From assembly GCA_965228735.1 (NCBI GenBank), contig OZ245838.1:6336001-6400000 (forward strand): 64,000 bases of DNA, in the 5' to 3' direction. The position numbers and the translations under genes were made by a program. Shown here in pieces: positions 37,965-48,347 of this stretch. Within the stretch, counting starts at the first letter, position 1. Each line of letters opens with the position of its first letter. The notes under the pieces are model-generated. The model saw nothing but the letters and a program-made list of their open reading frames with translations, ran no database searches and had not been told where the DNA came from. The DNA is from Planctomycetota bacterium (GTDB taxonomy: Bacteria; Planctomycetota; UBA1135; UBA2386).

Positions 37965-38101
37965 CCCCAGGTGCCATCGCAGGTTCGGGTGAATTCAGCG
38001 ATCTGATCGGTCGATCAGGTGCGTGGCCGGAGTGACCGGTATGCGCCTCATGGTGTGACCAGCCGGCTTTCCCCAAACGAAAACCTAACAAGGATAGAGC
38101 T

Positions 38102-38260
38102 ATGGCTGCCAGAAAGAAGGCCACCAAGAAGAAGGCGACCAAGAAGAAGGCCACCAAGAAGAAGGCCACGCGCAAGAAGGCCACCAAGAAGAAGGCGACC
38201 AAGAAGAAGGCCGCCAAGAAGAAGAAGAAGGCGACCCGCAAGAAGGCCGCCAAGAAGTAG
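38102..38260 (+). CDS. 52-aa Lys-rich histone H1/protamine-like protein
   Basis: MAARKKATKKKATKKKATKKKATRKKATKKKATKKKAAKKKKKATRKKAAKK*. AAGGA 7 nt upstream and a terminator downstream. Not in the ORF track. Confidence 0.85.
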   Translation: MAARKKATKKKATKKKATKKKATRKKATKKKATKKKAAKKKKKATRKKAAKK

Positions 38261-38347
38261 GTCACCTCTTCCGAGGTCGCGACTCGGGAGTGCCTGCGAA
38301 ATGGCGATCGCAAGATCGCCAGTTGGCGCCCACCGAATCGCAGCGAG

Positions 38348-38377
38348 CGGGGCCCGGTTCTGCCGGGCCCCGTTTTT
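38348..38377 (+). terminator. Intrinsic terminator
   Basis: CGGGGCCCGG-TTCTG-CCGGGCCCCG then TTTTT. Confidence 0.8.
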
Positions 38378-38486
38378 CGTGGACGGGGACGTTCGCGAGC
38401 CGCCCGTTGCGGGGCGGGCCCGGCGGGGGTGGGCCCGCGGGTGGGCGCGGCGGGGCCAACGCGGCGGGCGCCGACGAGCGGCGCGA

Positions 38487-40523
38487 TCAGTGCAGCCGCT
38501 GGCCCGGCAGCGCGCCGTCGTCCGGCGAGACGAGGAACACTTCGCCATCGGTTCCGGCCGCGACGACCATGCCTTCGCTGAGGCCGAACTTCATCTTGCG
38601 GGGCGCGAGGTTGGCCACCATGACGACGCGCCGGCCCACGAGCTTCTCGGGCTCGTACTTGCCCTTGATGCCCGCGAACACGGTGCGCGTCTGGCCGCCG
38701 CCGAGGCCGAGCGTCAGGCGCAGCAGCTTGCGCGCCTCGGGCACTTCCGCCGCCGCGAGCACCTCGGCGATGCGCAGATCGACCTTCGTGAAGTCGTCGA
38801 TCGTGATCTCGCCTCTGAGCGGTTCCTGCGCGAGCGTCGGTGACGGCTCGTCGCTGCCGATCGGCGCGGTGTTCGCGTCCGCGGGCGGCTCGTCGACGGT
38901 GAACATCGCGGCGACCTTGTCGGCGTCGACGCGCTGCAGCATGTGTTCGAACTTCGCGATCGCGGCGCCGACCTGCGGCGTCTTCGTCGCCTGCCAGTCG
39001 TCGAGGGTGACGCCGAGCAGCTGACTTGCCTTGCTCGTCAGCTGCGGCGTGACCGGCGCGAGGTAGATCGCGAGCTGGCGGAACAGGTTGAGCACGACCG
39101 TGCACACGTCCTGCAACTCCTGCGCGCGGTCCGGATCCTTCCTGAGCGTCCAGGGCGCCTTCTGTTCGACGAACTCGTTCGCCGCGTCCGCCAGGGTCAT
39201 CGTCAAACGAACGGCCTCACGGAAGTCACAGCGCTCGTAGGCGGCCGCGATCTCGTCACCGCGCGCTGCCGCGGCTTCGAACAGCCCGCCGTCGTCCGGG
39301 TATGCGCTCGACAGACCCGAACTCTTCACGAACTTCGCCGACCGACTCGCGAGGTTGACGACGCGACCGACGAGGTCGCTGTTGCACTTGCCGACGAACT
39401 CCGCGGTGTTGAAGTCGAGGTCGTCGATGCCCGGGCCGAGCTTGCTCGCGTAGTAGTAGCGGATGAACGTCGGGTCGAGCCCCTGCACGAGGTAGGAGCT
39501 CGCGTTCACGAACGTGCCGCGCGCCTTCGACATCTTCTCGCCGTTGACCCGCAGGAAGCCGTGGATCTGCACCTTCTTCGGCAGCTGCAGGCCCGCCGTC
39601 TTCAGCATCGCGGGCCAGAACAGCGTGTGGAAGTAGGTGATGTCTTTGCCGAGGAAGTGGGTGACCTCGCACTCGGGGTTGCGCCACCACGCGTCGAAGT
39701 CCTGCTGCGTCTTCGCGCACCACTCGGCCGTGCTCGACACGTAGCCGATCGGCGCGTCGAACCACACGTACCAGAACTGGCCGGCCTCATCGGGGATCTC
39801 GAACCCGAAGTAGGGCGCCGGTCGCGACACGTCCCAGTCCTGCAGCGGTTTGTTCAGGAAGTGGCCGGCGAGGTAGTTGGCGACTTCTTTCTGCAGCGGC
39901 CCGTTCGCCTGCTGCGTCCACTCCTGCAGGAACGGCTGCACCGACTCGAGCTTGACGAACAGCTGGCGGCTCGGTCGCAGTTCCGGAGTGGCGCCCGAGT
40001 GCACGCTCCTCGGCTCGATGAGGTCGGTCGCCGCGTAGGTCGCGCCGCACTTCTCGCAGTTGTCGCCGTACTGATCCTCGGCGCCGCAGTTGGGGCACTT
40101 GCCCTTCACGAAGCGGTCGGCGAGGAACGTCTGCTGCACCGGGTCGTAGAGCCGCTCGACCTCACGTGCCGTGACCATGTCGGCCTGCTGCAGCGCCGCC
40201 CAGAAGCGCTTGCACTCCTCGTAGTTCGCCGCGCTGTTCGTCGAGCCGTAGTGGTCGAACGAGATCTCGAACGCGGCGAAGTCCCGCTGGTGCGACTCGG
40301 CCATCTCCGCGATGTAGTCCTCGGGCGTGCGGCCTTCCTTCTGCGCCCGGATCATGATCGCCGCGCCGTGCGTGTCGTCGGCGCAGATGTAGGCGACGCG
40401 GTGGCCGCGCAGCCGCTGGAAGCGGGCGTAGATGTCGGTCTGCACGTACTCGACGAGGTGCCCGATGTGGATCGGGCCGTTCGCGTACGGCAGGGCACTG
40501 GTCACGAGGATCTGGCGCGTCAT
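38487..40523 (-). CDS. metG: Methionine--tRNA ligase with C-terminal tRNA-binding domain
   Basis: [15 protein letters not shown], Zn knuckle [39 protein letters not shown]. Confidence 0.98.
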   Translation of the reverse strand: MTRQILVTSALPYANGPIHIGHLVEYVQTDIYARFQRLRGHRVAYICADDTHGAAIMIRAQKEGRTPEDYIAEMAESHQRDFAAFEISFDHYGSTNSAANYEECKRFWAALQQADMVTAREVERLYDPVQQTFLADRFVKGKCPNCGAEDQYGDNCEKCGATYAATDLIEPRSVHSGATPELRPSRQLFVKLESVQPFLQEWTQQANGPLQKEVANYLAGHFLNKPLQDWDVSRPAPYFGFEIPDEAGQFWYVWFDAPIGYVSSTAEWCAKTQQDFDAWWRNPECEVTHFLGKDITYFHTLFWPAMLKTAGLQLPKKVQIHGFLRVNGEKMSKARGTFVNASSYLVQGLDPTFIRYYYASKLGPGIDDLDFNTAEFVGKCNSDLVGRVVNLASRSAKFVKSSGLSSAYPDDGGLFEAAAARGDEIAAAYERCDFREAVRLTMTLADAANEFVEQKAPWTLRKDPDRAQELQDVCTVVLNLFRQLAIYLAPVTPQLTSKASQLLGVTLDDWQATKTPQVGAAIAKFEHMLQRVDADKVAAMFTVDEPPADANTAPIGSDEPSPTLAQEPLRGEITIDDFTKVDLRIAEVLAAAEVPEARKLLRLTLGLGGGQTRTVFAGIKGKYEPEKLVGRRVVMVANLAPRKMKFGLSEGMVVAAGTDGEVFLVSPDDGALPGQRLH

Positions 40524-40570
40524 GGCGGGTCGGGCAGGCTACGTCGCGCCGCCGCAAAACGCGAAACCGA

Positions 40571-41479
40571 TCACCCCGGCGGCGACGCCGGCGGTCCTTC
40601 TGGCGCCTTGTCGCACCGGATCAGGCAACTCGTCGCGGCGACGGCGGCGACGCTCGGGAGCAGCAGCACGTTGAGGAACGGCACGCCCGCGACCGCGAGC
40701 AGCCCGAGGCCCAGGCCGAGCGCGCGCCAGCGGTTGTGCCAGATCAGCCGAGCCCGCTCGGCGAGCGGGTAGCCGCAGCGCTCTGCGGCGGCGTCGAGCC
40801 AGACGTAGGCCTGCAGCGCCGCGCCGAGCAGAACGGCGAGCGGCAGGCCGGCGTAGGGGATCGTGACGAGCGCCATCGCGACGAGGAGCAGCACGAGGCT
40901 CGCGACGACGGCGGCGAGCCGATGGCTGGCGGACCCGCGAACGCGCGGTGGGGGCGGCAGATCGGGGCCGAGCATGATGCGCTCGGTGAGATCGCGCAGC
41001 GGGTTCTGGCCCGGACCGGCGAGCAGCTCGAGCAACGGCGGGGTCAGGATCAGCAGTGCCGCGAACCCCCAGCGCGCGGGTTCGTTCGTCGCGCTCGAGG
41101 CCGAGCCGAACGCCGGCAGCAGCGCGAACCAGAACAGCGCCGTGATGATCACGACGGCGATCACGTTCCAGCGGACCGGGCCCTTGAGCTGGCCGAAGAA
41201 TCGCTGGCCGAGCAGAATCGTGAAAACCGAGCGCGTCGCATCGATTACCCCGCTGGCGAAGTCCACCGGCGGCAGCCCGCGGCCGGGCTCGACCGGATCG
41301 CTGCCGTGCAGGGAGCGCGCCGACCCGTGGCCGCGCTCGCACGGGCGATTCGGCGGGTCGCTCGCGGGGGCCGTTGCCGGGTCTGCTTCGGCGCCTGGCG
41401 TCGCGTCCGGCAACGGGTCCGGTGGCGCCGCGGCGTGGCCGCAAACCGCACATCGGACCGCGCCGCCTTTCCTTGTCAC
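40571..41479 (-). CDS. EI24/CysZ-like membrane protein (start uncertain)
   Basis: Several TM segments, IPYAG...W.D....R, VPFLNVLLLP.VA.VAAT pattern. Confidence 0.55.
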   Translation of the reverse strand: MTRKGGAVRCAVCGHAAAPPDPLPDATPGAEADPATAPASDPPNRPCERGHGSARSLHGSDPVEPGRGLPPVDFASGVIDATRSVFTILLGQRFFGQLKGPVRWNVIAVVIITALFWFALLPAFGSASSATNEPARWGFAALLILTPPLLELLAGPGQNPLRDLTERIMLGPDLPPPPRVRGSASHRLAAVVASLVLLLVAMALVTIPYAGLPLAVLLGAALQAYVWLDAAAERCGYPLAERARLIWHNRWRALGLGLGLLAVAGVPFLNVLLLPSVAAVAATSCLIRCDKAPEGPPASPPG

Positions 41480-41565
41480 AACGAAGTGTCTATCCTGCTT
41501 CGCCCCCAAATCCCAATGGCTCAATGCCAACGGCCCGCTCCGAACGGGCCCCGCTCCGCTGCCCG

Positions 41566-42735
41566 ATGACCGATCCCTACAAAGCACTCGATTACCTCGC
41601 CGTCGACGAACTCTTCACCGAGGAGGAGCGCATGGTGCGCGACACCATCCGCTCTTGGGTGTCGGAGCGGTTCATGCCGGTGATCGAGGAGCACAACCGC
41701 AACGCGACGTTTCCGAAGGAGCTGATCCCCGAGCTCGGCGAGCTCGGCGTCTTCGGCTCGAGCCTCGAGGGCTACGGCTGCGCCGGGCTGTCGTCGGTCG
41801 CGAGCGGCCTCATCTGCCAGGAGCTCGAGCGCGGTGACTCGGGTCTGCGCTCGTTCGTGTCGGTGCAGGGTTCGCTCTGCATGTATCCGATCCACGCGTT
41901 CGGCACGGAGGAGCAGAAGCAGAAGTATCTGCCCAAGATGGCGACGGGTGAGCTCATCGGCTGCTTCGGTCTCACGGAGGCCGACTTCGGCAGCAACCCG
42001 GGCGGGATGCTGACGAAGGCGGTGAAGGACGGCGACGACTACGTCCTCAACGGCAGCAAGTACTGGATCACGAACGGCAGCTCCGCGCACCTGGCGATCG
42101 TCTGGGCGCAGTGCGAGGGCACGATCAAGGGCTTCGTCGTCGAGACCGACACCAAGGGTTTCCAGGGTCGACCGATCAAGAACAAGTTCTCGCTGCGCGC
42201 GTCCGACACGAGCGAGCTCGTGCTCGAGGACGTGCGCGTGCCGAGTTCGGCGATGCTGCCGGGCGTCGAGGGCCTCAAGGGCCCGCTGTCGTGCCTCACG
42301 CAGGCGCGCTTTGGCATCGCGTTCGGCGCGGTCGGCGCGGCGCAGGCGGCGTTCGACGAGGCCTGTCGCTACAGCAAGATCCGCGTGCAGTTCGACAAGC
42401 CGATCGCGCGGTTCCAGCTCGTGCAGAACAAGCTCGTCTGGATGGCCAACGAGATCACCAAGGCGCAGCTCATGTGCTGGCGCCTCGGCCGCATGAAGGA
42501 GGAAGGCACGATGAAGCACTTCCACGTCTCGATGGCCAAGCGCAACAGCTGTTGGATGGCGCTCGAGTGCTGCCGTCAGGGTCGCGACATCCTCGGCGCG
42601 AACGGCATCACGGACGAGTACCAGATGATGCGTCACATGTGCAACCTCGAGTCGGTCATCACCTACGAGGGCACGCACGACATCCACGGCCTGATCATCG
42701 GCCGCGAGCTGACGGGCGAAGACGCGATCATGTAG
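41566..42735 (+). CDS. Acyl-CoA dehydrogenase (glutaryl-CoA dehydrogenase-like)
   Basis: ELERGDSGLRSFVSVQ, CFGLTE..FGS, GSKYWITNG, GANGI, YEGTHDIH. Confidence 0.93.
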   Translation: MTDPYKALDYLAVDELFTEEERMVRDTIRSWVSERFMPVIEEHNRNATFPKELIPELGELGVFGSSLEGYGCAGLSSVASGLICQELERGDSGLRSFVSVQGSLCMYPIHAFGTEEQKQKYLPKMATGELIGCFGLTEADFGSNPGGMLTKAVKDGDDYVLNGSKYWITNGSSAHLAIVWAQCEGTIKGFVVETDTKGFQGRPIKNKFSLRASDTSELVLEDVRVPSSAMLPGVEGLKGPLSCLTQARFGIAFGAVGAAQAAFDEACRYSKIRVQFDKPIARFQLVQNKLVWMANEITKAQLMCWRLGRMKEEGTMKHFHVSMAKRNSCWMALECCRQGRDILGANGITDEYQMMRHMCNLESVITYEGTHDIHGLIIGRELTGEDAIM

Positions 42736-42785
42736 CGCCCGATCGGGGCGCGCCCGATCTCGTGGTGTCAGGGGGCCGGCCGGGC

Positions 42786-45347
42786 TCAGCGACCGCGCTT
42801 CTTGCCGTGGCCCGTGCCGTGCGCGCCGTCCTTCCCGGGCAGCTTCAGCCCGCGCGCGTTGCGCGGGAAGTCGATGGCCTCGCCGCGCAGGCCCGCCGCA
42901 GCGATGTCGGCGAGGTCCGAGCACGTCTTCGACACGAAGCGGTTCTGCAGCGTGCGCGATCGTTCGAGCAGCGCCTCGGCGGTCTCGAATCCCGCGGTCG
43001 CCACGTCGTGGGCCTCCTGGAAGTGCCGGCGTGCCAGTTCGGCATCCTCGACCTCACCGCCGAGCGCAACGAGGTGCTCCGCGAGCTGCGAGCTGACGAA
43101 CGCGAACGTGCTCTGGACCAGCGCGTTCTGCGGATCCCGGTCGCGCAGGAAGATCAGTTCGTCGCGGCTCGTCCGTAGCAGCCGTTCGCCCTTCTCGAGG
43201 TCGTGGCCGCGGCACAGCGCGAAGCCGTAGACCCCGCGGATCTTCGCGCGCAGATGGCGCGCGACGATGTCGTCGGGATGTCGGTCGGCGAGCTCGAGGA
43301 CCTGCAGCGCGGTGGCGTGGCTCTGGAGCTCGCGTTCGTGGTCGGGCAGCCGCGAGTAGGCCTGACCGAGCCGGTAACAGAGGTTGCCGAGCGCCATCGC
43401 CGTGTCGAGGTCGTCCGGGTGGTCGCTGCGGATCTCCGTGAGGATCGCGCAGCCGTCCTTCAGGTGGGCGACCTCGGCCTCGGTGTCGGCGACCATGATC
43501 GCGACCGACGCGCGGCAGTTCTTCACCCGGGCGCGATCGAGGCGCAGGTCGAGGCCTTCGACGGGCGGCAGCTCGGCGAGGCGGTCGACGGTTGTCGCGG
43601 CGATATCCCAGTAGCGTTCGGCCGTCGGCATGTCGCGCGTGCGGTTGTAGGCCGTCGTGCCGCGTTGGAACGCGAGCTCCTTCCGCAGGTGGAGCACGCG
43701 GGGATCGTCGGGGGCCGCCGCGAGCAGCACATCGATGTGGCGCTCGCACTGGGCGTAGCTGTGGTCGGTGCGCGCGATCGCGTCCTTGTCGCGGCCGTTG
43801 TTGCGCTGGATGCCGCCGAGCTCCAGGTAGGCCCGGGCGAGCTGCCGGCGGCGATCGTCGTCGATCGTCAGCTCGTGCTCGAGGAACTCGAGCTGCGTCG
43901 CGGCCTCGGCGATCAGCGTCCCGCGCAGCTCGGTCGCGTGCGGCACGTCGCGCAGGCGACGCGGCAGGTCGAGCACGGTATGGATCGCCATGTCGAACGT
44001 GCGCTGCAGGGCGTCCTCCTTCGCCGCGGATTCCTCGACGGCCAGGCGTTCGGCGTCGTGGGCGCGGAACGCGTAGACGACGCTCGACGCGCCGCCGATC
44101 GTCGAGATCAGCACGATGGCCAGAGCCGACGCGACGAGCCCACGCCGGCGCCGCGCGAACATCCGGAGCTGATAGCGCAGGCTCGGTGGGCGGGCGGTGA
44201 TCGGCTGGTGGTCGAGGTGGCGCTGCAGGTCCTCGCCGAGGCTGCCGGCCGAGCCGTAGCGCTGCTGCGGGTCCTTGCTGAGGGCCTTCTGCAACACGAC
44301 TTCGAGGTCGACGTCGAGATCGGGTCGCACCGTCCGCAGCGGGGTCGCCTCGCGTTCGGCGAGGATGCGGCCGACCTCCGGCAGGCCGCGGCCAGCGAGG
44401 TCGAACGGCAGGCGCCCGGCGAGCTGTTCGAACAGCATGACGCCGAGGGCGTGCACGTCGCTGCGCGTGTCGAGGATCTCGTCGCCGCGGATCTGCTCCG
44501 GGCTCATGTAATGCAACGTGCCGAGCACGTCGCCCGTGCGCGTGAGCTGCTCCGGCACCGAGTCGGAGATGCTGCGCGCGATGCCGAAGTCGATGACCTT
44601 CACGTTGCCGTCGCCGTCGACGAGCACGTTGTGCGGCTTGAGGTCGCGGTGGACGACGCCGCGTTCGTGCGCGTGCTGAACCGCAGCACAGATCGTCACG
44701 AAGAGCGCGATGATCTCGCGGTCGTCGAGCTCCTGCGAGCGCACCCAGTCGCCGACGACGCGCGCATCCTCGACGTACTCCATCACGAAGAACGGCCACC
44801 GCAGATTGCCCATCGCCGTGGCTTCTTCGTGCACGCCCGCGGCGTGGATCTGCGCGATGCCCGGGTGCTGCAGGCGGGCGAGCAGTTCGCATTCGTTGCG
44901 GAAACGTTGCAGCGACTCGCCCGTGTCCGACAGGGTCGCCGTGAGCAGCTTGAGCGCGACGCGGCGGCGCGGTTGTTCCTGTTCGGCGAGGTAGACCGTG
45001 CTCATGCCGCCCTGGCCGAGCAACTCCAGCACGTGGTAGCCGCCGATCTTGCGGCCCCGCGCGAGCACGCGTTCGGCCGACGCGACGAGCGCCCGGTGCG
45101 AGGAGTCCGGATCGAGCCGGTCCGGCTGGTCCGTGATCTCGCGCAGCAGCGCCTCGACCTCCGCGCGCAACGCGGGCGCGGCGTTCGCGAGAGCCGCCGC
45201 GCGGGCCGGCGCCGCCAGCTCCACGCAACGCTCGAACAGCTCGCGAACCTCGCCCCAGTCGGGCGTCGGGCCCGTGGCGCCGGCGTCGGCGGGCGGGCCA
45301 GAAGCGGGATCACCAGCAGGCGGATCGACGGGCGGCTCGGCGGTCAT
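42786..45347 (-). CDS. Ser/Thr protein kinase with TM helix and TPR-like C-terminus
   Basis: GQGGMSTVY, VALK, HRDLKPHN, DFG, GTLHYMSPEQ. TM LVASALAIVLISTIGG. Confidence 0.93.
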   Translation of the reverse strand: MTAEPPVDPPAGDPASGPPADAGATGPTPDWGEVRELFERCVELAAPARAAALANAAPALRAEVEALLREITDQPDRLDPDSSHRALVASAERVLARGRKIGGYHVLELLGQGGMSTVYLAEQEQPRRRVALKLLTATLSDTGESLQRFRNECELLARLQHPGIAQIHAAGVHEEATAMGNLRWPFFVMEYVEDARVVGDWVRSQELDDREIIALFVTICAAVQHAHERGVVHRDLKPHNVLVDGDGNVKVIDFGIARSISDSVPEQLTRTGDVLGTLHYMSPEQIRGDEILDTRSDVHALGVMLFEQLAGRLPFDLAGRGLPEVGRILAEREATPLRTVRPDLDVDLEVVLQKALSKDPQQRYGSAGSLGEDLQRHLDHQPITARPPSLRYQLRMFARRRRGLVASALAIVLISTIGGASSVVYAFRAHDAERLAVEESAAKEDALQRTFDMAIHTVLDLPRRLRDVPHATELRGTLIAEAATQLEFLEHELTIDDDRRRQLARAYLELGGIQRNNGRDKDAIARTDHSYAQCERHIDVLLAAAPDDPRVLHLRKELAFQRGTTAYNRTRDMPTAERYWDIAATTVDRLAELPPVEGLDLRLDRARVKNCRASVAIMVADTEAEVAHLKDGCAILTEIRSDHPDDLDTAMALGNLCYRLGQAYSRLPDHERELQSHATALQVLELADRHPDDIVARHLRAKIRGVYGFALCRGHDLEKGERLLRTSRDELIFLRDRDPQNALVQSTFAFVSSQLAEHLVALGGEVEDAELARRHFQEAHDVATAGFETAEALLERSRTLQNRFVSKTCSDLADIAAAGLRGEAIDFPRNARGLKLPGKDGAHGTGHGKKRGR

Positions 45348-45437
45348 GGCAGGGGACTCCCCAGGAGAGAGCGTCCGAGCGCCCCGCGTTTTCCGCGCAT
45401 TCGGCGAGGGCCCGGCCGCGCCAAACTCGGCGGCCGG

Positions 45438-46016
45438 TCACTCGCCGGCACCGTTGCCACGGCTCAACTCCCGGAGCAGGAACGCGCGGGCCAGTTCCCA
45501 GGACCGAAATACCGCGGCGCGGCTCCGTTCGAGCGTGTCGGCGGTCTCCTGCAGCGTGAGGCCGCCGAAGAACCGCAGCTCGACGATCTCCTCGAGTTCG
45601 GGGTCGCGTTGCGCGAGGCGTTCGAGCGCGGCCTGCAGGTCGAGCACGGCGATGCGCTCGTCCGGCCCGGGGCCGATGGCGATCGCGACCTCGTCCTCGG
45701 CCGGCAGCGACTCGGTCGGCCGGCGGCGGCGGCGGCGGGCATGATCCACGAGGACGTTGCGCATGACGCGGCCGGCGAGGCGGACGAAATGTCGGCGGTC
45801 GCCGATGCCCTCCGCGGCGGGCTGCAGGCGCATCCAGGCCTCGTGCAGCAGGGCGGTCGGCTGCAGCGTCGAGTTCGCCGGTTCGCGCCGCATCATCGAG
45901 CGGGCGCGGGCGTGCAGGTCCGCGTAGAGCAACGGCATGAGCTCGTCCGCGGCGGTCGATTCGCCGCGCTGCAGCCGCGTCAGGAGCTGCGTGATCTGGG
46001 CCGCGGTGTCGGTCAT
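45438..46016 (-). CDS. ECF sigma factor, ECF43/TIGR02999-like
   Basis: ITQLL...LMPLLY.DL...TLQPTALLHEAWMRL...MRNVLVDHARR...VELRFFGGLT. Confidence 0.9.
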   Translation of the reverse strand: MTDTAAQITQLLTRLQRGESTAADELMPLLYADLHARARSMMRREPANSTLQPTALLHEAWMRLQPAAEGIGDRRHFVRLAGRVMRNVLVDHARRRRRRPTESLPAEDEVAIAIGPGPDERIAVLDLQAALERLAQRDPELEEIVELRFFGGLTLQETADTLERSRAAVFRSWELARAFLLRELSRGNGAGE

Positions 46017-46164
46017 GGGGAGTGGCGGGGGCGCAAGTCTACCCTACGAACGGAGGTCCCGGGCCCGGTGGCGCGACCCGGCAACGGCACGGGCTTCGCC
46101 CGGAAGTCGGCTGTGGGATTCACGGATCTGGACGATCCGGAGCCGGTCGCGCAAACTCCTGCCC

Positions 46165-46992
46165 ATGACACTGGCCCATCACGCAAAGATCGTCTCGCTC
46201 GCGGCGCTGGCCGCCCTCGCCACGGCCCTGCCGGCCCAGGACAAGGATGCCGGCAAGGACAAGAAGCCGACCGCCGATCAGAAGGCGGCGGCGAAGCGCA
46301 CCGCCGGCGACCCCGCGGTCAAGGCGCTCGACTCGTTCATCAAGAAGAAGGTCAACACCAAGGCGAAGGACTGGCGCCTGCGCGCGCCCGAGCCGCCGCG
46401 CGTCGAGTTCGATGCCGAGTCCGCCTACTACTGGATGCTCGACACGGACTGCGGCCTGTTGAAGATCGAACTGTTCCCGACCGAGGCGCCGCGCCACGTC
46501 ACGAGCACGATCTACCTAACGCGCGCGGGCTACTTCGACGGCCTGAAATTCCCGCGCACGATCCGTGGCTTCATGGCGCAGGGCGGCTGCCCGACCAACA
46601 ACACGCGCGGCCGGCCGGGCTACACGCTGACCCACGAGTTCGCGCCGAACCGCCGCCACGACGGTCCCGGCATCCTGAGTGCCGCGAACGCCGGGGCGCC
46701 GAACACGGACGGTTCGCAGTTCTTCCTCACGTTCGTGCCGACGCCGCACCTCAACGACCGCCACACGGTCTACGGCAAGGTCCTGAACGCGAAGGAGTAC
46801 ATGGCGACGCTCGCGGCCATGGAGAAGCGTGGCACGGGTCAGCGTGAGCCGTGGCAGAACATCAAGAACCCGCCGAAGATCGCGAAGGCGTGGATCGTCG
46901 TCGAGTCCAAGAAGGGCGCGGGCGACCAGGGCAAGGGCGACGACGACAAGAAGAAGGGTGACGCCAAGAAGAGCGACCCGAACAAGGGCTAG
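46165..46992 (+). CDS. Secreted cyclophilin-type peptidyl-prolyl isomerase
   Basis: Signal ...ALPAQ. FMAQGG, LSAANAG.PNTDGSQFFLT, HLNDRHTVYG. Confidence 0.9.
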   Translation: MTLAHHAKIVSLAALAALATALPAQDKDAGKDKKPTADQKAAAKRTAGDPAVKALDSFIKKKVNTKAKDWRLRAPEPPRVEFDAESAYYWMLDTDCGLLKIELFPTEAPRHVTSTIYLTRAGYFDGLKFPRTIRGFMAQGGCPTNNTRGRPGYTLTHEFAPNRRHDGPGILSAANAGAPNTDGSQFFLTFVPTPHLNDRHTVYGKVLNAKEYMATLAAMEKRGTGQREPWQNIKNPPKIAKAWIVVESKKGAGDQGKGDDDKKKGDAKKSDPNKG

Positions 46993-47001
46993 GACTGCGC
47001 C

Positions 47002-47781
47002 TCAGGCGTCGTGGTCGTCCGCGATGCCGAGCGTCTCGAAGCCGCTGCGTTCGGCGGCGAGCAGGTCGCGACCCAGCGTCCCGGCCAGTTCTTCGAGTTG
47101 CAGGTCCGTCGTGTCGGCGGCGACCTGCACCGGGTCGGTGAAGCGCAGCACGATCTTCGCGAACGGCTTGGGGACGACGAGGCGGTCCCAGCTCTTCAGC
47201 CGCCAGCATCGGTTCACCGCGATACCGAGGCCGAGCATCGGCACCTGGCTCCCGCGCGCGAGCCAGGCCGGGCCGCTGTTCATCGCGTGCCGCGGGCCGC
47301 GGGGGCCGTCCGGCGTGATGATCACGGGCGTGCCCTCCTGCAGCGCTTCCGACATCTCGCGCAGGGCGCTGGCGCCGCCGCGGCTCGCCGAGCCCAGGAT
47401 GACGCGGTAGCCGAACGAACGCAGCGCGATGCCGGCGAGTTTGCCGTCGTCGCTCGGGGACACGAGGATGCCGAGGCCGCGGTGGGCGTGGCCCTTGATC
47501 GGCAGCGGCGGCACGAGGCGGCCGTGCCACAGCGCGAGGACGAACGGACGATCGCCGTAGGCGACTGCCATGCCGGGCTCACCCTGGCGTTCGACGCGCC
47601 AGGTCCACGCGAGCACGCGGGTGAGCAGCGGGCCGGCCGTATGCAGGACGCCGTTCCAGAACTTGCGCCAGCGGCGCCGGCGACGGCTGCGCTCCGGGCG
47701 ATTCCGGCCCGCGGCCTCGCGCGCGTCGCGTTCGCGGCGGCGTTCGTCGTGTCGTTCACGCCGGATGTCGCGGGCCTGCAT
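47002..47781 (-). CDS. DUF374 lysophospholipid/lipid A acyltransferase family protein
   Basis: ALWHG, LVSPSDDG, GSASRGG, ITPDGPRGP, SWDRLVVPKPF. Confidence 0.85.
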   Translation of the reverse strand: MQARDIRRERHDERRRERDAREAAGRNRPERSRRRRRWRKFWNGVLHTAGPLLTRVLAWTWRVERQGEPGMAVAYGDRPFVLALWHGRLVPPLPIKGHAHRGLGILVSPSDDGKLAGIALRSFGYRVILGSASRGGASALREMSEALQEGTPVIITPDGPRGPRHAMNSGPAWLARGSQVPMLGLGIAVNRCWRLKSWDRLVVPKPFAKIVLRFTDPVQVAADTTDLQLEELAGTLGRDLLAAERSGFETLGIADDHDA

Positions 47782-47840
47782 CGGCAGCAGTGTGCCATTC
47801 CTCGCTCCGTCACGCTCGGATTGCTACAAATACCGCCCCC

Positions 47841-48347
47841 ATGTCTTCCCCTGCTTCCACCGAGGCGGCGACGCCGGAACAGCTGGCCGCGATCGACGAG
47901 GTCATCGAGCAACTGCGCAACGAGCGCGGCGCGACCCTGCCGATCCTGCACGGCATCCAGAACGCGCTCGGCTTCGTGCCGGCCGAGGCCGTGACGCGCA
48001 TCGCCGACGCGCTCAACCTGTCGCGCGCCGATGTCCACGGCGTCCTCACCTACTACCACGACTTCCGGCAGGCGCCCCCCGGCCGCCACGTGCTCAAGGT
48101 CTGTCGCGCGGAAGCGTGCCAGGCGATGGGATGTGACCGCCTCGTCGGGCGGCTCGAGAAGCACCACGGGATCGCGATGCACGGCACGGCTGCCGACGGC
48201 AGCCTCACGGTGGAGCCGGCCTACTGCCTCGGCAACTGCGCGCTCTCGCCGTCGGCCCAGCTCGACGGGCGGGTGATCGGCCGCTTGACCGAGGCGCGTC
48301 TCGACGCGCTCGTGCACGCGCTCGGCGGCGACGGAGCGGCGTCGTGA
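47841..48347 (+). CDS. fdsG: NAD-dependent formate dehydrogenase gamma subunit (NuoE-like)
   Basis: LPILHGIQ, NLSRADVHGV.TYYHDF, CRAEACQ, YCLGNCA. Confidence 0.93.
   Translation: MSSPASTEAATPEQLAAIDEVIEQLRNERGATLPILHGIQNALGFVPAEAVTRIADALNLSRADVHGVLTYYHDFRQAPPGRHVLKVCRAEACQAMGCDRLVGRLEKHHGIAMHGTAADGSLTVEPAYCLGNCALSPSAQLDGRVIGRLTEARLDALVHALGGDGAAS

Noticed and set aside
38102..38260. CRISPR-like array
   Set aside because: The 15-nt units are contiguous, have no spacers and are codon-phased, so this is a coding repeat. No cas genes are present.
37819..38548. Minus-strand hydrophobic ORFs (AFFLV / GLLLG repeats) as membrane proteins
   Set aside because: They are the antisense of the Lys-rich gene, which has the SD and terminator.
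1..47781. LPS genes (LpxL, GT9, Kdo kinase, DUF374) as a novelty
   Set aside because: They are dispersed and expected in a diderm bacterium.
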